NCBI GenBank assembly: GCA_031316235.1
Contig: JALDRA010000001.1
Span: 3,840,001-3,872,000 of the forward strand
DNA length: 32,000 nucleotides
From: Candidatus Scalindua sp.
GTDB lineage: Bacteria > Planctomycetota > Brocadiia > Brocadiales > Scalinduaceae
Direction: 5' to 3'
The translations under genes and the position numbers were made by a program. The notes below the pieces were generated by a model. It made no database searches. It was not told the origin of the DNA and saw nothing but the letters and a program-made list of their open reading frames with translations. Shown here in pieces: positions 25,792-32,000 of the stretch; the stretch's first letter is position 1; every line of letters begins with the position of its first letter.

Positions 25792-27069
25792 TTAAACAAC
25801 TATTTTACCGTCTCTCATCACTATTCTGCCTGCTACTATGGTCATTATCGCTTTTCCTCTCAATTTCCATCCATCAAATGGGCAATTCCTTGACTTTGAT
25901 TGGAAATCATTTGCATCCACCTCCCACTCCTTTTCCATATCGATAATAGTAACATCTGCATCCATGCCCGGAGATAAACCTCCCCCAGGTATCTTAAATA
26001 TCTTTGCCGGGTTTGTCGACATCTTCAAGACAGCATCTTTCAGGGAAATTATGCCCGGTCTTACGAGTTCAGTAATTACTACTCCTACTGTTGTTTCCAG
26101 GCCAATGATACCAGGAGCACCCAACTTCTTATCAGCCAGGGTGTGGGGAGCGTGGTCAGATGCAATTACGTCTATGACACCTGCACTCAGTCCTTTCTTC
26201 ATGGCCTGCACGTCGTTATAAGAACGAAGCGGCGGATTTACAACAGGTGGTGCACCATTGATGTCTCTATAATTTCTATCAAGCAGGAGGTGGTGCGGGG
26301 TAGCCTCACAGGTAATATTCCCCTTTCCCTTCTGTGGGGTAATATAATCTAAAGATTCCTTAAGACTGATATGGGAGAAATGTAAATGGCAACCGGTAGC
26401 CCCGACACAATTGATGTCCCGTCTGACAAAATTAGACTCGTTCTGAAAAATGTTTCCTGGAACAAACCCCAGCACTTCATTCGGGACGTCTTGCACTGAC
26501 AGGAAACCGGAATCTTCACAATGAGGGCTCACGGGTTTATGAATTGCTGCCGCTCTGTGCAAGGCCCTCACCATTACCTCTTTTCTTAACACTGGATTTC
26601 CGTCATCTGAGAATGCCACAACCCGGCTATGGCTGCTGAGTTTCTCCATATCAGTTATAGTTTCACCTCTTGACCCGTTCGTGATACAAGCTTTTATAAA
26701 AATGTTCACCAGGCCTCTCTCTCTCAGCCTTCCCGCAAGGTCTTCAACAGCCGTAACAGTATCTATCGGAGGGTTTGTATTTGGTTCGCATATAATCGAG
26801 GTAAATCCACCCATAGCCGCCGATCGGGAACCTGTTTCTATTGTCTCTTTGTTTTCATATCCAGGTTCCCTGAGATGAACGTGACAATCAATGAGGCCAG
26901 GTACCACAAACTTCCCGGACAGATCAATTACTTCCATTCCGTTCAAGTCCGGCTTAATGGAGGGAGACAAAGCAGAGATTTTACCGTCTGATATGAGAAC
27001 ATCCGAAACGGAGTCTATGTCGTTTGCTGGATCAACAACGTGTCCTCCCTTTAATAAGATATGATTCAT
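25792..27069 (-). CDS. pyrC: Dihydroorotase
   Basis: 425 aa amidohydrolase. GLIDCHVHLREPG (HxH), ASDHAPH, and the overall PyrC-type layout. Confidence 0.9.
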   Translation of the reverse strand: MNHILLKGGHVVDPANDIDSVSDVLISDGKISALSPSIKPDLNGMEVIDLSGKFVVPGLIDCHVHLREPGYENKETIETGSRSAAMGGFTSIICEPNTNPPIDTVTAVEDLAGRLRERGLVNIFIKACITNGSRGETITDMEKLSSHSRVVAFSDDGNPVLRKEVMVRALHRAAAIHKPVSPHCEDSGFLSVQDVPNEVLGFVPGNIFQNESNFVRRDINCVGATGCHLHFSHISLKESLDYITPQKGKGNITCEATPHHLLLDRNYRDINGAPPVVNPPLRSYNDVQAMKKGLSAGVIDVIASDHAPHTLADKKLGAPGIIGLETTVGVVITELVRPGIISLKDAVLKMSTNPAKIFKIPGGGLSPGMDADVTIIDMEKEWEVDANDFQSKSRNCPFDGWKLRGKAIMTIVAGRIVMRDGKIVV

Positions 27070-27106
27070 ATTCGAAATCCCCAGGTTAACGTTTCATTCA
27101 AAGCCT

Positions 27107-27778
27107 TTAAATGTCTTTTAGCGGACACTCATCACACTGCATCTTAGGTTTGCAGAAATTGTTACCAACCCTCACCAGAAGTGCGTGGTACTCATTGTAA
27201 AGAGCCACATCTCTTGGCAGGTTGTCTTCAAAAAAAGCCTTAATAGTTTCATAATCAAAATCTTCAGAGATTAAGCCGTGTCGGACAAGGACTCTTTTCG
27301 TATAAGCATCAACGACAAACGTAGGTTGTTGAGCTGCATAGAGGAGTATCGAATCTGCTGTCTCTCTCCCGATACCATTTACGGAAAGGAGCTGTGTGCG
27401 TAAGTCAACAAAGTCCTGCAGGAACATTTTTGATAAACTGCCACAATAGTGTAAGAAGAGCCACTCGATAAAATTTTTTACCCTCCTGGCCTTGACATTA
27501 AAATACCCTGACGGCCTGATAAGATCTGCCAGCCGGTCTCTATCAATTTCATATAATTTTTGAGGTGTAAAAACTTGTGCATCTTTCAGGTTCCTGATTG
27601 CCTTTTTTACATTACCCCAATTTGTATTTTGTGTAAGGATTGCGCCAATTACCACTTCAAAATCAGTCTCTCCAGGCCACCAGTATTGTCTGCCAAACGA
27701 TTTAAACAATCGATTGTACATGGTAAGGAGCAACTTTTGCTTGTCCATAGTGAGTAGTTTTGTGTCCGGATAGTACAC
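27107..27778 (-). CDS. Endonuclease III-related HhH-GPD protein (COG2231-like)
   Basis: GAILTQNTNWGNVKKAI, the HhH motif LLSVNGIGRETADSILLYA, and C-terminal CKPKMQCDECPL. The start is ambiguous between GTG 27778 and ATG 27748. Confidence 0.8.
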   Translation of the reverse strand: MYYPDTKLLTMDKQKLLLTMYNRLFKSFGRQYWWPGETDFEVVIGAILTQNTNWGNVKKAIRNLKDAQVFTPQKLYEIDRDRLADLIRPSGYFNVKARRVKNFIEWLFLHYCGSLSKMFLQDFVDLRTQLLSVNGIGRETADSILLYAAQQPTFVVDAYTKRVLVRHGLISEDFDYETIKAFFEDNLPRDVALYNEYHALLVRVGNNFCKPKMQCDECPLKDI

Positions 27779-27820
27779 ATTATGTATAAAAAGTTTTTAT
27801 ACTTTGCGTTCTTAGCGTGA

Positions 27821-27871
27821 TATATTAATTTTCTCGGATTTTATCCAAAAACTATTATGAGATGAGTATAA
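27821..27871 (-). repeat. Degenerate half copy of the structured repeat
   Basis: tatattaattttctcggattttatccaaaaactattatgagatgagtataa aligns with the first-hairpin module of copy A. Confidence 0.65.
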
Positions 27872-28092
27872 CACACAAATGTTGTTTGAGTGGTATAAAA
27901 AACGTGATGAAGTGTAAGAGATAATCGTGCTCATCCTTACGGAGAAGACGGGATACGGGATTTAGTGCTTCAGGGTATCTATATCCATCACAATTTGATT
28001 TTCGGTTTTCAGAACCCGATTTCATATGAACGTTACCTATTTCTCAATCACAAAGTCCTGAGTGTTTTCTGCTCCGGGAGAATCCTCGACTT

Positions 28093-28206
28093 AGTATACT
28101 CATCTCATACTGGATTTCGGATAAGATCCGAGATACATTTGAGCGAGTATACCTTCACCAGGATCTGGTTTCCGGTAAAACCGAAAACCAAATCGGTTTT
28201 AGTATA
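28093..28206 (+). repeat. Full copy B of the ~115-bp structured intergenic repeat
   Basis: agtatactcatctcatactggatttcggataagatccgagatacatttgagcgagtatacc...aaaaccgaaaaccaaatcggttttagtata. Confidence 0.9.
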
Positions 28207-28722
28207 GATGAATTTCCGGACAGAATTCCAAGACAATCAAGACAATAATGGACGGACACACCAAAACGAAGATCTTTTATATCGTCCCTATCTGGCTGGC
28301 ATGCCCCCATTGTTTGTAACACCTTTGAAATTACTGTTTATGTTCATGCAGACAATTTGGAACTTACCAGGCACTCTCGGTATAAATCCGACTACCACTG
28401 AGGCAGATGAACGGAATAGATCAAGAGTTACCCTTTACGTTTACTGTTGTGCAGATATAATGCCAATAGAGTTATCAACAATGCCAAACACGTATGTTCC
28501 AATTCTGTAGATATTTACTGATGTATATGATCTTTCCAACATGTATATTTGTTATGGAGCTATAACATTTTTTGTTATTTTGTTATAACAGTATTTGAGG
28601 CCAAGCCTGAACCCATGCCACTTCTTAAAAGATGTACCAGTGTTGAAGGAATTTCGGTGCTGAAGAACTATCGTGTTGTAAATCATCCGGGGATGATGGA
28701 TTGTACAGGCAGGGTATTCACT

Positions 28723-30120
28723 CTAAAAAATGTTGCCTATGCCTCCACAGACATTCGATACAGACTCAGGAGCTATAATCTTACCCTTGCTTTCCATCAA
28801 AAATTTCCGAACATTTTCAGGGCAGGCATTCATTTTCTTATATACTGACGGCATAATATGATTCTTAAATAACGGTAAAAAAGACTTTTCAGGGAAATTC
28901 AGAAATGTAACATATTCATCAAGAAATGCTGTCGGAAGCTCTTTTTTCTTAGAACCCTTTGCATACTCGTAGCATATATGGGAAATATAGAGCACTGCCA
29001 CATATTCTCTAATCTCTTCCGGAACTTCAGAAGGCGGGAAAAATTCAGGGAAGCACTGATACTCTACACTCCTGTAAACGATATCAGGAAGATTCCATTT
29101 TTCCAGTAACAGAGAACCGATACGGGCATGATCCAGCAGATCAATGAGGATTGCCAGTTTTTGATGCTGTTTCTTCAACAAAAGAATGACACTTTTTCCA
29201 ATATCATGTAATAATCCAATTGTGTTATGCATCAAAGGTTTGTTTTTGCTGCATAATCTGGCCAGCTCAAATGAGAAAAAAGATACAACATTAGAATGAC
29301 ATTGCAGCTCCTGAAATTCAGGAGTATCCGGCATGGTACTTTTTACTCCGTGATCAACAACCAACTGATAGACTTGATTGAACCCCAGATAGGTGATTGC
29401 ATGCTGAACATCTGAAATCTTGCATCGAAGACCATAATAAGCAGAGTTTATGGTTTTTAGTATTACGCCGACCAGAGAAGGGTCTAACTTGGCTTGTTCA
29501 ACTACTTCACTTGCTGATGCGTTGTCACTTTGCAGCAACAAAAATAAGTTACTCGAGTAAACCGGCAGACTCTGAATATTTTCCAAAATATCCCTGATTA
29601 ACCCAGAATTTTTGTATTCTTCACTGTGAGTATGGATAAAAAATTTGATTCTGGACCCTATGTATTGAATCTGGTCTATTAATTTGGTGTCCCGATGAAT
29701 TGAACCTCCAATACGTTCGGAAGCCATCTGGTTAAAATTATTATAAATGCGCAGCTGAATTTCCGGTGATAACATATCTTTACTTAACTGGTCAATAATC
29801 ATGACATTCGAAGACTTCAGCGCAACAGCTGTAACTATCCTTTTAGAGTCCTTGACAAAAGCAGTATCTCCCAGGCCGTCATCTTTTTGAAGTACTGCTA
29901 TATCTTTTTCTTTCTCATTTAAGGTCTGCATTAATTTTATTTCTCCCTGCAGAATGAGATAAACAGTCTGGTCGGAATCTCCTTCTTTGAAAAGAGTGTC
30001 TCCTGGTTTGTAATATCTGTGTTTCCCTAAAGCGCATACTTCAAAAATCTCATTATCGCTGAGTCCTTTGAGAAGTTTGTTGTGAGAAATATCACTTTTT
30101 TCATCGTTATTAGAAATCAT
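28723..30120 (-). CDS. Cyclic-nucleotide-binding domain plus HDOD domain signalling protein
   Basis: The cNMP-binding motif is YYKPGDTLFKEGDSDQTVYLILQGEIKL. The HDOD core is GLLHDIGKSVILLL...HARIGSLLLEKWNLP. I prefer the start at ATG 30120 (GGAGA 7 nt upstream); the listed TTG 30174 has no RBS. Confidence 0.8.
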   Translation of the reverse strand: MISNNDEKSDISHNKLLKGLSDNEIFEVCALGKHRYYKPGDTLFKEGDSDQTVYLILQGEIKLMQTLNEKEKDIAVLQKDDGLGDTAFVKDSKRIVTAVALKSSNVMIIDQLSKDMLSPEIQLRIYNNFNQMASERIGGSIHRDTKLIDQIQYIGSRIKFFIHTHSEEYKNSGLIRDILENIQSLPVYSSNLFLLLQSDNASASEVVEQAKLDPSLVGVILKTINSAYYGLRCKISDVQHAITYLGFNQVYQLVVDHGVKSTMPDTPEFQELQCHSNVVSFFSFELARLCSKNKPLMHNTIGLLHDIGKSVILLLKKQHQKLAILIDLLDHARIGSLLLEKWNLPDIVYRSVEYQCFPEFFPPSEVPEEIREYVAVLYISHICYEYAKGSKKKELPTAFLDEYVTFLNFPEKSFLPLFKNHIMPSVYKKMNACPENVRKFLMESKGKIIAPESVSNVCGGIGNIF

Positions 30121-30183
30121 ATAGTTTCTCCATTTGGAACTGTTTTTAATCTCCCGAGACATATACACCAGCAAATATATCTT

Positions 30184-30300
30184 GATATACTCATCTCATA
30201 CTGGTTTTCGGATAAAATCCGAGAAAAATTTGAGCGAGTATACCTTCACCAATATTTGGTTTCCGGTAAAACCCGAAAGCCAAATCGGTCTTAGTATATA
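30184..30300 (+). repeat. Full (more diverged) copy C of the structured repeat
   Basis: It has the same architecture as copies A and B, with several substitutions and a 1-nt insertion (aaaacccgaaagcc vs aaaaccgaaaacc). Confidence 0.85.
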
Positions 30301-30953
30301 CGCTATATGTGACTCTGTCACAGTTTTCGGTAATTTTTAATGCAATTCAGGTAAAAGACAGAATCAAGTTCTCTTTAACAACTATTGAATTACCTGGATA
30401 TTACAATAGAATGTTGCAGATGTCATATCGCAATATAAATGCCGTTAAAGAACAATGATAACTGGTTTTACAACAATACATACTTTGCGTGAAAAAAGTG
30501 CGGTTTATTGAACGTTATCTTGTACCGATAAGTATCAGCAGGTTTAGTTTTAAGTGATTTATTGAGAGTGCATGATCAGGAAATTTTTCCTCATGAGGTA
30601 ATTACAATGGATTTTATTTTCTTTAATTAGCGCAAAAATGAGCGCATTGAAATTTATTACAGATAACTTGTGTTGTTATTTTGATAACTTTGTAAAATTT
30701 TTAAACAACATGTGTTAAAGTCATCTTCCCCTATCAAAATATGAATGGTGCTTTACGTTATCGTGATCATCTTCAAGATTATATTGAAGATAGACATGTT
30801 CTCCGTTTTAGTAAAGGTATGGGAAGGATAATGTTACATTCTCACCCGTCCGGGCAGCGTCGAACTGGTGGTATCTCATTTTCAGGCTTTTATGCCAGAT
30901 CATCATTGCGTTAAAGTAGTTTTCCAGGAGGCAGTGTTTATTGTATTAAGACT

Positions 30954-31120
30954 CAGTAACGTCCGGTTAGGAATTTGCACGTGCGGCTTTTGTCATACCC
31001 GAGTGCTTTTATCAGGTATCCAGAGAGTCTCATTCATCCTGGATTCCCGCTAAAAACATGCGGGAATGACATCTTTTGAACAATACATTAAATACGCAAA
31101 AACCTAACCGGACACTACTG
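30954..31120. mobile_element. 167-bp MITE-like element with 18-bp TIRs and 9-bp target-site duplication
   Basis: The left TIR is CAGTAACGTCCGGTTAGG. The reverse complement of the right TIR is CAGTAGTGTCCGGTTAGG (16/18). A perfect direct repeat ATTAAGACT flanks it at 30945-30953 and 31121-31129. The element has no coding capacity. An internal hairpin pairs attcccgc (31043-31050) with gcgggaat (31060-31067). Confidence 0.75.
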
Positions 31121-31121
31121 A

Positions 31122-31766
31122 TTAAGACTGATCTTTGTTCCGTTCTTGCTGACATAACAGTATGAGATGACTGAGCGCTTTTCCAATATTTTTTGCGGCT
31201 TTTTCATCGATCGTAAGAAGCAGGTAACTGTCTCTTTCAGAAAATGGCATGGTTTCCTTCTCTTTTGTCTCATTCAGCATTGCGATTACCTGCTCAATAT
31301 CGTTATTGTATCTCTTCCATTTTTTTGCAGGCTTTGCACTTATCTTAATCTTGATGTGGGGCGGATAGATAGCATTGACAGCTTCATCGCCTACGGTAGG
31401 ACTTAATTTGTAAATTAAACTGATTTCTGGACTTAAATTCTCCAGTTTTATCACTTCCGTGTAATTTGTTTGCGCTGTCGCGAATGAAGGGTTGTCTCTG
31501 CTGCTTTTTGCAATTTTACTATTTTCTTTTTCAATTATCATCAAATCCTTGTTTAGTATTTTTACTTTATACTTTTCCTGTTTAGTGCCCTCCATCTCTT
31601 TGTCCAGTATCCGAGCTGAGAAATGGGTTTCCATACCTGTTTCCAGGGGTATCTTTGCTTCCAGGTAAGATATTAATTCATCCGTAGTTGGTGCTTCGTT
31701 TGCCATAACAAAAGAAGTTCTGCATGGCATGATCAGGATAAGCGATAAAAAAAAAATACTTTTCAT
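31122..31766 (-). CDS. Hypothetical secreted protein
   Basis: 214-aa ORF with signal peptide MKSIFFLSLILIMPCRTSFVMA-NEA. No recognisable domain. The stop codon lies inside the MITE target-site duplication. Confidence 0.6.
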   Translation of the reverse strand: MKSIFFLSLILIMPCRTSFVMANEAPTTDELISYLEAKIPLETGMETHFSARILDKEMEGTKQEKYKVKILNKDLMIIEKENSKIAKSSRDNPSFATAQTNYTEVIKLENLSPEISLIYKLSPTVGDEAVNAIYPPHIKIKISAKPAKKWKRYNNDIEQVIAMLNETKEKETMPFSERDSYLLLTIDEKAAKNIGKALSHLILLCQQERNKDQS

Positions 31767-31803
31767 TTTTTTTCATATAATTAATTGATGAATTAATGCA
31801 CTA

Positions 31804-32000
31804 TCAGGTATCCCTCTGTAATTTTCTATTCTTTTCCATAACCTTTTCAGCTAGTTCATTTTTGTATGCGAGCACTTTATTTCTCGTTTCTGGGAATTTA
31901 ATACCCAGGATCTGTGCCGCCAGAATAGCTGCATTTGTAGCCCCAGCTTTACCAATGGCCATTGTGGCAACAGGTATTCCAGATGGCATTTGAGCTGTTG
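31804..32000 (-). CDS. purE: N5-carboxyaminoimidazole ribonucleotide mutase, 3' part only (start lies beyond the window)
   Basis: [27 protein letters not shown] is the conserved PurE C-terminal segment. The frame is open to nt 32000. Confidence 0.85.
   Translation of the reverse strand, partial: TAQMPSGIPVATMAIGKAGATNAAILAAQILGIKFPETRNKVLAYKNELAEKVMEKNRKLQRDT

Noticed and set aside
28208-28848. Two ~100-aa + strand ORFs in the non-coding region
   Set aside because: They have no RBS and no recognisable domains. The second starts inside the TGTTAT/ATAACA cluster and overlaps the convergent cNMP/HDOD gene. I kept the region only as a low-interest finding.
30868-31053. 61-aa ORF ending ..CHTRVLLSGIQRVSFILDSR
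   Set aside because: It lies largely inside the MITE and reads across its palindromic core. It has no RBS. This is the kind of artefact peptide such palindromic elements generate.
1-32000. Search for CRISPR arrays, tRNA or rRNA genes, and T-box or other leaders upstream of leuS
   Set aside because: I found no regularly spaced direct repeats and no cloverleaf-compatible GTTCGA(A/T)TC-type T-arms in intergenic DNA. The leuS leader is only ~45 nt. These are visual scans only; tRNAscan-SE, Infernal and CRISPR finders should confirm.

Overview
This 32-kb window has about 40% G+C. It shows AGGAGG-type ribosome-binding sites, a PEP-CTERM protein and many multihaem cytochromes. That content is reminiscent of anammox Planctomycetota, Nitrospirota or Desulfobacterota, but the lineage cannot be fixed from sequence alone. 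Most of the window is housekeeping or core metabolism. The + strand carries a TPR protein, a class-III aminotransferase, murQ, an LtaS-like sulfatase, a DUF1858-hemerythrin gene with a Cys-rich partner, and leuS. The - strand carries pyrE, a run of endonuclease-III-like gene, pyrC, NYN/YacP-like gene and xerC/D-like recombinase, a cNMP-binding/HDOD regulator, and partial purE. Four regions stand out. (1) 1.8-6.6 kb holds an operon of a split b6-type cytochrome b (PetB-like plus subunit-IV-like) with no Rieske gene. It is followed by three multihaem cytochromes c carrying 26 CXXCH, one CX4CH and one CX3CH motif. (2) 8.0-11.5 kb is an accessory patch, and it is my best candidate for an undescribed system. 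A two-gene cassette encodes an N-terminal unknown domain plus an Rx4H HEPN-like protein, followed by an unknown domain plus a nucleoside-2-deoxyribosyltransferase/TIR-like domain. Next to it lies a GC-rich MliC-like lipoprotein gene. The whole block sits between the stumps of two decayed toxin-antitoxin modules: hicB intact with hicA cut to 24 codons, and a higB-like toxin truncated at its 5' end with a frameshifted higA-like antitoxin. (3) 11.5-15.2 kb is an operon of a thiolase, a DUF35 zinc-ribbon/OB domain fused to a 3-hydroxyacyl-CoA dehydrogenase, and a divergent HMG-CoA-reductase-fold protein. A G13 homopolymer sits 4 nt upstream of the first start codon. (4) There are two kinds of small non-coding repeats. 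One is a structured element of about 115 bp, present as three full and two half copies. The other is a 167-bp MITE with 18-bp terminal inverted repeats and a perfect 9-bp target-site duplication. I found no rRNA, tRNA or CRISPR array.
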